A stretch of 64,000 nt of DNA. Source: an uncultured Bacilli bacterium (lineage in GTDB: Bacteria; Bacillota_I; Bacilli_A; RFN20; CAG-826). The DNA lies in assembly GCA_944358985.1 (NCBI GenBank), contig CALVSI010000002.1, positions 51,413 through 115,412 on the forward strand, written 5' to 3'. Positions within the stretch are counted from its first letter, which is position 1; each line of letters begins with the position of its first letter. Below, in pieces: positions 49,238-59,987 of the stretch. The notes under the pieces are model-generated. The model had not been told where the DNA came from. It was given only the letters and a program-made list of their open reading frames with translations, and searched no databases. The position numbers and the translations under genes are program-made.

Positions 49238-51304
49238 TTATTTTTCCACTAGTGGAACAGGTTTTCCATCGCTACCAAATTCCCATTCACCTAAAAAATA
49301 AACGACGCACGAATCATCATACCATCCATTTTGAACACGTGTTGATGAGGTATCTTCTTCAACAACTTCTAAATAAATTGGCATACGTGAAGAATATGTT
49401 CCGTCAGCGTTTTGTGGACGACATTGAGTGAAAGCATAACGATCTAAAGTAATACGATTCGATACGTTATATGGAATGTAAACATATTCTAGATTGTAAT
49501 TATGATGGAAAGAATATTCTCTAAAAATATAAACATTTTCACTTAAATTGAGTGATTGCAAACTTTCACAATTATAAAATGTTCTTACATTAATAGCGGT
49601 TAATTCGCTAGTTGAATCCGGCATGACGATAGTTTTTAAAGATGTCATATTTTCAAAAGCTGAATCTTCAATTTCATCAACTGTATTTGGTAAAACGAGT
49701 TCTTCGATACTAGTGCAATTATAAAAACTGCGATAAGAAATAGATTCAATACCTTCAATATTTATTCCAACACGTCTAGTTTCAAATGTAACATTTTTTA
49801 AAGATGTGTTATTAGAAAACATTTGATAAGCTGTTTCTTTAATTGTATAAGGAATAAAAACACTAGTTATAGAAGTATCATCTGCAAATATTGAACCATT
49901 AGAAGCCAAATTTGAAACTGTGCTAGGAATGGTAATAACGTTAGCGTTAGTGACGTTATTGTAATTATCATCATATAAAATAATACTTTTTAAATTTGTA
50001 CATTTATCAAATGCACCAACGTCAATACGAACAATGCCTGTTGTAGTAGATAAACCATGTTTATCATATGTGACTTTTCCTTCGTACATTCTAACTGTTT
50101 CTAATGCAGAATTTCCTGCAAATAAATTAGCAGAAATAACCGAAACATTTTTAGGAATATCAAATGATTCAATTGCGGTATTAGCAAAAGCATATTGCCC
50201 TATTGATCTTGTCGTTTCAAAACCATTGCCATCAAATGAGAACGATTTTAAATTAGTGCAGTTATTAAAAATATGGCTCGGAATAGAAGAAAGATTTCCT
50301 GGCCAAACAAATTCTTCAATACGCGTGCATCCTTCAAAAGCATGTGAACCAATATTTACCATTGAGACAGGTAAATCTATTTTAGAAACGCCGGTATTAG
50401 CAAAACTATAATCGCCAATGCTGACAACTGATTCGCCAATTTCAATATCAATTAAACTAGTACATCCATTAAAAGCAGAATTTCCAATTGATGTAACAGA
50501 ATCTGGTAAATTCACACCTTCAAGATTAATACATCCGTTAAAAGTATTAGTAGGAATATCTTTTAGATATGAAGGAATTTCAATATAAACAAGTCCTTCC
50601 ATATTTGCAAACAAGCCATCAGACCAAACACTAATATCATATTCATCAGTATCAAGGTAAACGATATTGTAATTATCGTTTTGATATTTAGCAGGTATCG
50701 TTGATTCTTCACTATTTAAGACAACAGTGTTTTCAGTAATCATATTCTCCCCTATTTTGAATAAGATTGATGAAATAACTGTTATATCATCACCTGGAAG
50801 ATTATTTAAAAATGGTGTGTTGTAAAAAGCTCCAATACCTAAAGAGGTAATGTTTTTAGAGAAATTAATTGTTGCAAGATTAGAACAATTAGCAAAAGCG
50901 TATTCACCGATTGAAGTGACGCTGTCGGGAATTGTTACAGATGTCAAACGTTCACATCCATCAAAAGCGGAAGCATTAATTGTAGTAACTGGCATACCAT
51001 TAACTTCACTAGGAATAGTAAAATTGCTTGGATAACCACTCTCTGGTTTTAATCTTGTAATCGTTGCGGTAGGATTTTCAACATTTGCACTATAAGAATA
51101 CTCAACATATTGCATATTAGATAAGTTGACAAGCCAAACATTAACAGCCAAAGAATAAATAACTGTCAAAAGAATAATAACAACACCTAAAATGGAAAAA
51201 CCAACAATGTAGTTGCGTTTTTTATTTTTTTGCATTTTTAAAAATTCTTCTTGTTGTTTTTTTGTTTTAACTTCCATTAGTTGAAATTTATCAATTTCTG
51301 GCAT
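49238..51304 (-). CDS. BspA-type leucine-rich-repeat (LRR_5) surface protein with an N-terminal signal-anchor.
   Basis: Repeated 'IPDSVTSIGEYAFANCSNLATI' and 'LPDSVTSIGNSAFNGCTSLIDI' units. AGGAGGT RBS. Overlaps the oppF stop by 1 nt. Confidence 0.7.
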   Translation of the reverse strand: MPEIDKFQLMEVKTKKQQEEFLKMQKNKKRNYIVGFSILGVVIILLTVIYSLAVNVWLVNLSNMQYVEYSYSANVENPTATITRLKPESGYPSNFTIPSEVNGMPVTTINASAFDGCERLTSVTIPDSVTSIGEYAFANCSNLATINFSKNITSLGIGAFYNTPFLNNLPGDDITVISSILFKIGENMITENTVVLNSEESTIPAKYQNDNYNIVYLDTDEYDISVWSDGLFANMEGLVYIEIPSYLKDIPTNTFNGCINLEGVNLPDSVTSIGNSAFNGCTSLIDIEIGESVVSIGDYSFANTGVSKIDLPVSMVNIGSHAFEGCTRIEEFVWPGNLSSIPSHIFNNCTNLKSFSFDGNGFETTRSIGQYAFANTAIESFDIPKNVSVISANLFAGNSALETVRMYEGKVTYDKHGLSTTTGIVRIDVGAFDKCTNLKSIILYDDNYNNVTNANVITIPSTVSNLASNGSIFADDTSITSVFIPYTIKETAYQMFSNNTSLKNVTFETRRVGINIEGIESISYRSFYNCTSIEELVLPNTVDEIEDSAFENMTSLKTIVMPDSTSELTAINVRTFYNCESLQSLNLSENVYIFREYSFHHNYNLEYVYIPYNVSNRITLDRYAFTQCRPQNADGTYSSRMPIYLEVVEEDTSSTRVQNGWYDDSCVVYFLGEWEFGSDGKPVPLVEK

Positions 51305-52365
51305 TATTTCTTACCTCCTATCTTTGACAATTCTTTTTTATATTCTTCTAATTCTATTTTGTTTGCACGTACAAAATGTCCTTCCTCAACTTCATAAAAT
51401 TGTGGAACATCATCTTCTGTATAATCATGCATTAAAGGATCATAAACAACTATCTTTTTTCGTTTTTCTATTTGTGGATCAGGAATAGGCACTGCACTTA
51501 ATAATGATTTAGTGTATGGATGTAAAGGTGCGGCAAATAATCTTTCAGCAGGTGCTAATTCCACTAGTTTACCAGCATAAATTACAGCGATACGATCGGA
51601 AATATATTTAACAATACTTAAGTCGTGAGCGATAAATAACACTGTTAAATTATTGCGTTCTTTAAATTCTCGAATGAGATTCAAAACTTGTGCACGTATT
51701 GACATATCAAGTGCACTAATTGGTTCGTCAGCAATAACAAACTCTGGATTCATTACCATACATCTTGCAATACCAATTCTTTGTCTTTGACCACCTGAAA
51801 ATTCATGTGGATAACGATTTAAATATTCAGGTCTTAAACCAACCTTTTCCATAATATCGCTTATTTTATTTAAACGATCTTCTTCATTATCATACATGTG
51901 ATAAGCTCTTAAACCTTCGCTGACAATATAATCAATATTGGCTCTTTCATTTAATGAAGCACTTGGGTCTTGGAAAATCATTTGGATTTTGGTTTTTAAA
52001 AGTTTTGCTCTTTCTTTTGAAATTTTTCCAGAAATAGGAATGTTATTATAAGTAATAACGCCGCTTCTAACAGGATTAATACGAATGATAGCACGTCCAA
52101 TAGTGGTTTTTCCTGAACCAGATTCACCAACTAAACCCAAAATCTCGCCACGACGGATATCTAAATCTAGATGATTTATAATTACTCGCTCTGAACCACC
52201 CGTCTTAAATGAAATTTTTACATCTTTCATTTTTACGATGATATCATCGGGGTTTTCTTTTTGTGAAACAGCAAATTCATCAACTTCTGGTTGATATCTT
52301 TTTTTATTTAAATGCAATTTTTCCGCTAAAGAAGAAATATGTTTGACATTCTTTTTATTTTTCAT
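51304..52365 (-). CDS. oppF: Oligopeptide ABC transporter ATP-binding protein.
   Basis: Walker A 'GESGSGKTT', 'FSGGQRQR' and '[10 protein letters not shown]'. Confidence 0.85.
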   Translation of the reverse strand: MKNKKNVKHISSLAEKLHLNKKRYQPEVDEFAVSQKENPDDIIVKMKDVKISFKTGGSERVIINHLDLDIRRGEILGLVGESGSGKTTIGRAIIRINPVRSGVITYNNIPISGKISKERAKLLKTKIQMIFQDPSASLNERANIDYIVSEGLRAYHMYDNEEDRLNKISDIMEKVGLRPEYLNRYPHEFSGGQRQRIGIARCMVMNPEFVIADEPISALDMSIRAQVLNLIREFKERNNLTVLFIAHDLSIVKYISDRIAVIYAGKLVELAPAERLFAAPLHPYTKSLLSAVPIPDPQIEKRKKIVVYDPLMHDYTEDDVPQFYEVEEGHFVRANKIELEEYKKELSKIGGKK

Positions 52366-53722
52366 TTTCTATTTCTCCTTTAATGTTATTTTCTTTTAAC
52401 AATTCATCAGCAGCCCGTTTCATTCTTTGACGCAACTCTAAAATAACTTTAGGTTTAGTAACTTTAGGTGCTCGCTTATCTAACAACCATGTTTTAACAG
52501 AATGAGTAGGACTAACTTGAATCATCGGTGGATTGCTAATAAAATCAATCGCTAAAGCATATTGGTTTCTTTCTGCAAATGGATCGCCAATAATTTCTTT
52601 TGCAAATGAAGGTGGATTTCCCGGAATATAATTTAATGGCTCATCTTTACTTCCTAATTGTGGTAAAGAAGAAAGCAATGCCCAAGTATATGGATGTTCT
52701 GGACGATAGAAAATATCTTCTGCTGTTCCATATTCAACAATTTCTCCACCATACATAACAGCGATACGATCAGCGATATTAGCGACAACACCCAAATCGT
52801 GGGTAATAAAAATTGTTGTCCAATTATATTCTTGTTGAAGTTCTTTAATCAATTGAAGAATTTGGCTTTGAACAGTAACATCTAAAGCCGTTGTGGGTTC
52901 ATCACAAATTAATACTTTAGGATGACAAGCAAGAGCAATAGCGATGACAACTCTTTGTCTCATACCGCCAGAATATTGATACGGATAATCTTTATAACGT
53001 TTTTCAGCATTAGAAATTTTAACTTTTCTTAGCAATTCAATAGCTTCTTTTTTTGCTTGTCGTGCTGACATTCCATGAGGTTTGCCTTTAATTTGATTGT
53101 TAGTTAAACGAATCGCTTCTAATTTAACTAAAAGTTTTGTTAAAAAATTAACTTTTGTTTCTTTTTTTAGCAATTGTTCATAATTTTCTTGTAAAAGTTC
53201 GCTTTTTTTAATTTTTTTATTTTCAAAGTAGTCTTTTCTTTCATCACTTGACATACCTTGAAGTTTGGATTTCTCCACTAATTTCTCGTTTTTACGACGT
53301 TCGCGATATTCTTTGATTTCATCTTTTGAAGGTTTTGAATGTAATCTTAAAACTTCGCTAATTTGATATCCAATAGAAAACAAAGGATTCAAACTTGTCA
53401 TAGGATCTTGGAAAATTGTAGCTATTTTTCTTCCGCGAATGTTAAGCCAATCTTTATTGTTTTTGATTTGAACCAAATCTTTTCCTTCAAACATGATAGA
53501 CCCGCTACTTATAAAACCATTAGAATCTAACATGCCAGTAAAAGTTTTAGTAAAAACTGATTTTCCTGAACCAGATTCACCAACAATTGCTAATGTTTCC
53601 CCTTCATAAATATCAAGGAAAATATCTCTTAAAACATGGCTTTTATGACCACGTGTAACGAATCCTAAAGATAGGTCTTTGACTTCGATGACTTTATTTA
53701 ATTTTTTTTCTTTTTCCATCAC
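52355..53722 (-). CDS. oppD: Oligopeptide ABC transporter ATP-binding protein with a Mollicute-style internal insertion.
   Basis: 'GESGSGKSV', 'YSGGMRQR' and '[10 protein letters not shown]', plus a ~100-aa K/E-rich insert between the Q-loop and the signature. Confidence 0.85.
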   Translation of the reverse strand: MMEKEKKLNKVIEVKDLSLGFVTRGHKSHVLRDIFLDIYEGETLAIVGESGSGKSVFTKTFTGMLDSNGFISSGSIMFEGKDLVQIKNNKDWLNIRGRKIATIFQDPMTSLNPLFSIGYQISEVLRLHSKPSKDEIKEYRERRKNEKLVEKSKLQGMSSDERKDYFENKKIKKSELLQENYEQLLKKETKVNFLTKLLVKLEAIRLTNNQIKGKPHGMSARQAKKEAIELLRKVKISNAEKRYKDYPYQYSGGMRQRVVIAIALACHPKVLICDEPTTALDVTVQSQILQLIKELQQEYNWTTIFITHDLGVVANIADRIAVMYGGEIVEYGTAEDIFYRPEHPYTWALLSSLPQLGSKDEPLNYIPGNPPSFAKEIIGDPFAERNQYALAIDFISNPPMIQVSPTHSVKTWLLDKRAPKVTKPKVILELRQRMKRAADELLKENNIKGEIENEK

Positions 53723-53735
53723 TTAAAGACCTCCT

Positions 53736-54815
53736 TTAACGATGCGATTTAGGATCAGTAGCATCCGCAATTGCTAAACCTAGATAGAAAAATGCTACCG
53801 TCAGCGGAACCATAACAATAAGTGGTCCCAGCAGTAAATATGGATGCTCCATCCACGCCATTCCTTTCGTTGCTTGAGTTAAAACTTGTCCTAAAGTAAT
53901 ATCACCATCGCTGACCTTAAATGATAAATTAAAGTAAGCAAGACCAACTTCACTTGAAATAGCAGCAGGAATTGATGTTGATGCCACTGTAACAATTACG
54001 CTTACTAAATATGGTAATAAATTGTGTGTAATCATTGTTGTGGAAGATGAACCAAGTGTTTGAGAAGCAATATTATATTCACGATTACGAATAATAATAA
54101 TTTGATTTCTAACAAAACCCGCTAAACCTAACCAGCCAAGAGCACACAATAAGAATACTACAATAATAAATCCAAAATCTTTCATATAAGGAGATAGTAA
54201 TTGCATTAACAAAATATCTAATAAGATTGTTGGAATATTACTAACAAAGTTTCTAAATTCAATCATAATGGGGTCGAGCCATTTAAAGTAACCCCAGGCC
54301 GCTCCAATCACGATACCTAATACAACATCAATCGCGGCAACAGTAACACCTAACAATAATGATAATCTTGAACCTGTCCAAACAACTGACCACATATCAG
54401 TTCCTTCAAACCATGTTCCCATATTATCACCGCATACACCAAACCAGTATTGAGCGTTTGGCCCAACATAATAAGGAGGAGCAACATCAGGCAACGGATT
54501 ATGTAATATTGTTGATCCATCAATAATTAAAGGTGGATAATAATTAATCAAAGGTCCAAAAATAGTAAAGAAAATAATTAATGCTAAAATTGCTAAGCAT
54601 ATAATTACGAAAGGTTTTTTAAATAATTCAGTAAATGTTATACGCCAATAAGAATATGGAACAGCATTTAATCTTTCAACATTTTCTAAATTAGTTCCAA
54701 CAACTTTAAACAATTCATCAACGTTTTGATTAACATTGTTATAAACATTTGTTGTTTCATCTACTTCTTGGAAGATGTAATCGTTATTTTGTTTTTCTTT
54801 TGCCATAATTTTCAC
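53736..54815 (-). CDS. oppC: Oligopeptide ABC transporter permease.
   Basis: BPD_transp_1-type permease, 359 aa. Confidence 0.8.
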   Translation of the reverse strand: MKIMAKEKQNNDYIFQEVDETTNVYNNVNQNVDELFKVVGTNLENVERLNAVPYSYWRITFTELFKKPFVIICLAILALIIFFTIFGPLINYYPPLIIDGSTILHNPLPDVAPPYYVGPNAQYWFGVCGDNMGTWFEGTDMWSVVWTGSRLSLLLGVTVAAIDVVLGIVIGAAWGYFKWLDPIMIEFRNFVSNIPTILLDILLMQLLSPYMKDFGFIIVVFLLCALGWLGLAGFVRNQIIIIRNREYNIASQTLGSSSTTMITHNLLPYLVSVIVTVASTSIPAAISSEVGLAYFNLSFKVSDGDITLGQVLTQATKGMAWMEHPYLLLGPLIVMVPLTVAFFYLGLAIADATDPKSHR

Positions 54816-54820
54816 ACCTC

Positions 54821-55996
54821 CTAAACTTCATCACCTGAGAATGATACACGTGGATCGACCATCGCTGTAACAATATCGCCAAGCAAGAAAGAAATAATAG
54901 ATAATATTGCACTTATGATAACAATAGCTTGAAGAAGAGGTGCGTTATGGTGATCATTTGCGGTTATTAACGCTGCACCTATTCCATCAATAGAATACAT
55001 ATTTTCTAAATAATAAGTTCCAAGTAAAGCACCTATAACTGCACTTGGAATAGATCTAACTAGAGGAACAATCGCATTTCTTAAAATATGAGTAAACATA
55101 ATTCGATTTTCAGAAAGACCTTTTGCTCTAGCAAACTTAACATAGTCAGAATTAAATTCATCTACCATGAAACGTCTAACCCACATAGCAATACCAGCCA
55201 TACCGGTGAAACCCATTGTTAATATTGCCGGTAACCAACTTAAGAAATCACCATCATTATATGCGTATGGTAAGGCACATAAGCCACATAATAGAGCCAT
55301 CCAAATATAGTAATATGCAACACCTGGAATTGCATCGATAGAAATAATGTATCCAAGACCAATTTTATCTAATATGCCGCCTTTATATTTAGCCATCAAG
55401 ACACCAAGTGGATATCCTAACGCTAATTGCAAGACGACAGCTATAATACCTATTTTAAAAGATGTCCCCATTCTAGGAATCATATAATCTAAAACATATG
55501 TGCCATCAGCGATACCTGGCAAATCACTAGTTTTACCGAAATCGATAATAAATGTACGACAATCGCTAACAAAAAATGTCATTGTATTTAAATCTAAAGA
55601 TGTACGACATAATGTCTTTGGAAAAGGCAAAATAGAATAAAAGAAATTTATCATTTGTTCAAATAAAGAACCAGATAAACCCATTTCATCTTTCCAAGCA
55701 TTACATTGTAAATCAAACAATTCCTGAGTAATGTGTGGGCCAGAAAATTTAGTAATGCAAGTTGCATCAGCGGGTTGTGATGCACGAATTAAAAAGAAAG
55801 TAACTAAAATAGTAAGTAATAAAGAAATAAGTGCAGATCCTAATCTTCTTATAGAATAATGAAGCAATGGATGTGCAAATATTCTTTGCATAACAGGTGT
55901 ATTCCCGAATAGGATTTTTCTTTTAACTAATATTGAAAATACAATGAATAAAATCAAAAATCCAATTATGGAATACCCAACTAAATATGTAGTCAT
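54821..55996 (-). CDS. oppB: Oligopeptide ABC transporter permease.
   Basis: Permease with a large periplasmic-side loop, 391 aa. Confidence 0.8.
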   Translation of the reverse strand: MTTYLVGYSIIGFLILFIVFSILVKRKILFGNTPVMQRIFAHPLLHYSIRRLGSALISLLLTILVTFFLIRASQPADATCITKFSGPHITQELFDLQCNAWKDEMGLSGSLFEQMINFFYSILPFPKTLCRTSLDLNTMTFFVSDCRTFIIDFGKTSDLPGIADGTYVLDYMIPRMGTSFKIGIIAVVLQLALGYPLGVLMAKYKGGILDKIGLGYIISIDAIPGVAYYYIWMALLCGLCALPYAYNDGDFLSWLPAILTMGFTGMAGIAMWVRRFMVDEFNSDYVKFARAKGLSENRIMFTHILRNAIVPLVRSIPSAVIGALLGTYYLENMYSIDGIGAALITANDHHNAPLLQAIVIISAILSIISFLLGDIVTAMVDPRVSFSGDEV

Positions 55997-56037
55997 TCAA
56001 ACTCCTTTCCTATTTAATTAATAAGTTGATTAATAAA

Positions 56038-56069
56038 GCAAGAAAGAGGTGCACGACCTCTTATCTTGC
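56038..56069 (-). terminator. Stem-loop between oppA and oppB (gcaagaaagaggt-gcacg-acctcttatcttgc). Candidate partial terminator/attenuator setting the oppA:oppBCDF ratio.
   Basis: Read directly. T-rich tract follows on the minus strand. Confidence 0.5.
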
Positions 56070-56121
56070 TTAAATCACTAATTAAATTATAAATGAATTT
56101 TTATAATTTTAATAACACTTA

Positions 56122-58524
56122 TTAATAAATATTAATAGTGCCGTGTGCTGCTAAATATGCGGCTTTGCTTTCCTCATATTTGGTATAAGCAGCTGTTCTA
56201 TCTTCACGGTTAATAGTTTCGGCTAAAACATATAAACCATCTAAACGTGAGTTAGCTAAACCATAAGAACCGCTTGGAGAATGATAACCACTGGCACGTG
56301 AGACAGACACTTGTCTACCTTGACCACGCATAGTTAATGGTTTAAAGATTGCTAATTCATTGAGCAACATGTATTCTGCTTCAGCAAATCCATCATAACG
56401 GTCATTAATATCTTCATATTCTTCATCAGCAGCATCGACCATATCAGTGTATTCTTCCAATAAATTATTGCTAACTAATTTACCAGTGCTATCAACATAG
56501 TAGTTAATAGTTTCTTCATCACCGACATAACCAAAGATGCTTGCCCAGTCACCATGGACTGTGAATGTATTTAAATATGACATTGGATCACCATAGTCAG
56601 GACCCCAACCCCATGTTGCAGAGATTTCAAAGTTGCCGCCATTTGTAACCAATTCATAATTTTGTTGAGTAACATCAGCGGTTGGAATAACTAAGAAGTT
56701 AATGCCAGATGTACTCTTATCAAAACTCATTTGATTTGGCATATTATTTAAACGTTGATTCATTGCTAAGATGGTTCTGCCATCGTAGTATCTTGATTCT
56801 TCGTTTGCTGACCAAATTGACATGAATTCCATTTGAATTGGGAAAGTAATACGATCTTCGGCTTCAGCTTGTGCATTGTATAGTTCAATAGCTTCTAAAG
56901 CTGCTTCTCTTAAAGGTGCTAAATCATCATATGAAGCGTTAGTGCCATCATATTGACCTTGAGCAAGTTTTTCTGTTGCTTCTTCAACAGTAATACCTTC
57001 GTGATTTGCATAAGTTGGGATGTAGTGGTTAGTAGTATAATCTAAACCATCATCATCTTGAACGAATCCTTGTGGAACGTAAGTGTTAATCATGTATTGT
57101 GGTTGATATTCTACTAATGTGGAATATTGTTCACAATAAACCGCTAAGTCAAAACTTGCGATGACTAATTGACGAACTTCTTCGATAGATAATGCTCTTT
57201 CAGCATTTAAAATATCGGTAATGTTACCACCCATTGTAGTTGCATAACTTGTTCTTGCGGTAGCACCATTTGTGCTATTGCTTGCACGATTAACATTGAT
57301 ATGCAATCCATAGACATAGTCAATATAGTCGTATGTACGAGAGTTGACGCTTGGATCATAAGGATTTTCAATTGTTCCGGTGTTATCTGGACCAGTAATA
57401 TATTTTTGCCATCCATCAGCATCATCTGTTGTTAATGTAAATCCATCGATTTCACCAGCTTCAAATCTAATACGAGCATAATCTGGTTCGGCTGCCATAC
57501 TGATGATTTGATAGTTAATTGTTTCCACATGTACATTATCAATATTCCAGTAAAGTGGATTTCTATGATAAACAACTTGTGAAGGAGTGGAAGCATAAAG
57601 TGTAAATGGACCACAATATAACAAGTGAGAGTTATCAGTACCAAACGTGTTAACTCTAATTTCATCTAAGAAATGTTGGTTAACTGGTAAATAACATGAA
57701 TAAGTTAATAATGTTGGGAAATAGAAAGCTGGATGATCAAGTGTATAAGTAATGGTTCCACCACCATTAGATGTTGGATCTTCAGTTACTTTAATACCAA
57801 CACGTTGGAAATTACGAATATCTTCAATGTCATCAACGGTTGCGTTGTTTGCTACACCAGTGTTTTCTTCCACTAAACGATTCAAGTATTGAACATACAT
57901 TTGAGGATTTTTTTCATAAATTTGCCATGAAGGACCACCATTTGCGATTTGATAATCGATAAAGGTAGCTTGATAATATTCCATCGCACCTTCGATAAAA
58001 TTAGTAATTAAATAATAAGTTTCGGATTGAGTGGAAAAATTCAATACTGTCTTTGCCGATGTTAAGAAGTCATTAGCGCTGACATATTGAGGAGTAGAAA
58101 CACCATTAATCGATGTGGTGTATTGTGTTCCATCCCATCTAACCCATGGAACACCACTTTTAACCTTAATGGTAAATGTTTGGTAATTATTTTCAGCTTT
58201 AATACTTTCAGCAAGTTGCTTTTCTAATGTACCAAATTCATTTTGAAGTAACAAACCATCAACAAAGTTAGCAAAATGGCTTGCTGCACTAGCATCTTGA
58301 GTTGCTAGGTAGTTTAGACCACCGGTAATACCAGTAGCTAAAAGTGCATTGTAACTATTTTTTGCAACTTTACCTGGGAAATAAGGATCATCACTAGGAA
58401 TAACGAATGTATTTCCAGCACTTGAACCTGATGTAGAGGAACTAGTTGCAGGTGGAGTACAAGATACTAAAGCAAATATTGCTGCCGCAGCGACTATTGG
58501 CAATATTCTAAGTTCTTTTTTCAT
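56122..58524 (-). CDS. oppA: Oligopeptide-binding lipoprotein, long Mollicute-type.
   Basis: Lipobox 'LVSC'. About 800 aa. Start set at M9 (ATG 58522-58524), which has an AAAGGAGA RBS. Confidence 0.75.
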   Translation of the reverse strand: MKKELRILPIVAAAAIFALVSCTPPATSSSTSGSSAGNTFVIPSDDPYFPGKVAKNSYNALLATGITGGLNYLATQDASAASHFANFVDGLLLQNEFGTLEKQLAESIKAENNYQTFTIKVKSGVPWVRWDGTQYTTSINGVSTPQYVSANDFLTSAKTVLNFSTQSETYYLITNFIEGAMEYYQATFIDYQIANGGPSWQIYEKNPQMYVQYLNRLVEENTGVANNATVDDIEDIRNFQRVGIKVTEDPTSNGGGTITYTLDHPAFYFPTLLTYSCYLPVNQHFLDEIRVNTFGTDNSHLLYCGPFTLYASTPSQVVYHRNPLYWNIDNVHVETINYQIISMAAEPDYARIRFEAGEIDGFTLTTDDADGWQKYITGPDNTGTIENPYDPSVNSRTYDYIDYVYGLHINVNRASNSTNGATARTSYATTMGGNITDILNAERALSIEEVRQLVIASFDLAVYCEQYSTLVEYQPQYMINTYVPQGFVQDDDGLDYTTNHYIPTYANHEGITVEEATEKLAQGQYDGTNASYDDLAPLREAALEAIELYNAQAEAEDRITFPIQMEFMSIWSANEESRYYDGRTILAMNQRLNNMPNQMSFDKSTSGINFLVIPTADVTQQNYELVTNGGNFEISATWGWGPDYGDPMSYLNTFTVHGDWASIFGYVGDEETINYYVDSTGKLVSNNLLEEYTDMVDAADEEYEDINDRYDGFAEAEYMLLNELAIFKPLTMRGQGRQVSVSRASGYHSPSGSYGLANSRLDGLYVLAETINREDRTAAYTKYEESKAAYLAAHGTINIY

Positions 58525-58658
58525 TTCAGATTTTCTCCTTTCTTTCAATCATGAATGATTGACTAAAAATATACTACAATCAAAAATAAAAAACAACGTA
58601 TTTTTTGTACATACACACGAACAACATATATATACGCACACGCGTTAGAGAAAACTTA

Positions 58659-59030
58659 TTAACCGTAAAATGGATAATATCCACACACAGCAAAATAAAT
58701 TTCAAGTATTAATGCCGTGATAAGAATAAGAAGAGCGGCAATATAAAATGGCAACTGTCTTTTCCATGAAGCAATTATTACTTCATCAGGTAATTTGTTG
58801 TCCCAATTTTTGGTTTTTCTACGTACATTATTTCTATAAAGATCGCCCCAGATAAAGCCGATTAAAAAATATAAAGCCATCATTGCCCACATCACATATG
58901 GGTAAGCACTAAAACCACTATTTAAACTTGGAATAGACAAAATTCCACCTATTATAAGCGGAATATATCCAAGAAATCCTAATATCCCACCTATTACATA
59001 AATTTTATAATCTTTTAATGCTTGTTTCAT
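58659..59030 (-). CDS. Small membrane protein (4 TM), unknown function.
   Basis: Start placed at internal M27. The N-terminal 26 codons of the track ORF overlap the divergent gene. Weak support. Confidence 0.35.
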   Translation of the reverse strand: MKQALKDYKIYVIGGILGFLGYIPLIIGGILSIPSLNSGFSAYPYVMWAMMALYFLIGFIWGDLYRNNVRRKTKNWDNKLPDEVIIASWKRQLPFYIAALLILITALILEIYFAVCGYYPFYG

Positions 59031-59078
59031 ATTAAATACAATACCACAAATAATTGGAAAATATAGTATACTATTTTC

Positions 59079-59987
59079 ATGAATGAAAAAGTTACAAGAA
59101 AAAATCATTTAAAATTCTTTCTAGCGTCGTTAATTAGAAAACCAATAAAATTAATTTCTAAAAAATTATATATTTCTTTGGAATATCGATATATAACTCA
59201 CCATAAATTGAATTGGAAAAATCCAACTAGATATACGGAAAAAATTCAATATCTCAGATATTACGTGTATCCAAATTGGCCATTAGTAACAAAATGCGCT
59301 GGAAGGTGTGGTGTTAGAGATTATGTTAAAGAAAATGGATTAGAAGATATCCTAATTCCTATATATGGAATTTATGATAAATTTGATGATATAGATTTTG
59401 ATAAATTGCCAAATCAATTTGTTATGAAATGTTCACATGCTTGTGCTTTTAATGAAATAGTTTTAGATAAAAAAAGTTTAAATTTGCATGATTTAAGAAA
59501 AAAATTTAACAAATGGTTGAAAACAAATTACGCAAAAAAAACATTAGAATTGCACTATTTAAAAATAAAACCACAAATTATTATCGAAAAATATATTGGT
59601 CAATCGCCATTAGAATATAAAATCCATGTATTTAATGGAAAAGCAAAATATTTATATCTCGTCAGCGGTCGTTTTAAAGATATTCGATATAACAATTATT
59701 ACATCGATTTTACTCCATTTGATGAGGCACAATTCAATGGTTGGAAAAAATCAGATTATCCTTTTGAAAAACCAAATGAATTCGATAAGATGATCAAAAT
59801 AAGTGAGCAGCTTGCAAAACCCTTTCCGTTTGTTAGAGTGGATTTATATGACATTGAAGGGAAAATTTATTTTTCAGAAATGACATTTACTCCCGCGAAA
59901 GGAACATTAATTTTTGATGATGATAAAGCCGATTTTATTATTTCGAAATGGCTAGATATTTCAAAATTTATAACCAATAAGAATTAG
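59079..59987 (+). CDS. TupA-like ATP-grasp protein (teichuronopeptide/capsule-associated, PF14305-like).
   Basis: 'NWKNPTRYTEKIQYLRYY', 'GVRDYV' and 'LPNQFVMKCSHACAFNEIV' match the TupA-like pattern 'NLKNPKTFNEKLQWLK...FVIK.NHGSG'. Confidence 0.6.
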   Translation: MNEKVTRKNHLKFFLASLIRKPIKLISKKLYISLEYRYITHHKLNWKNPTRYTEKIQYLRYYVYPNWPLVTKCAGRCGVRDYVKENGLEDILIPIYGIYDKFDDIDFDKLPNQFVMKCSHACAFNEIVLDKKSLNLHDLRKKFNKWLKTNYAKKTLELHYLKIKPQIIIEKYIGQSPLEYKIHVFNGKAKYLYLVSGRFKDIRYNNYYIDFTPFDEAQFNGWKKSDYPFEKPNEFDKMIKISEQLAKPFPFVRVDLYDIEGKIYFSEMTFTPAKGTLIFDDDKADFIISKWLDISKFITNKN

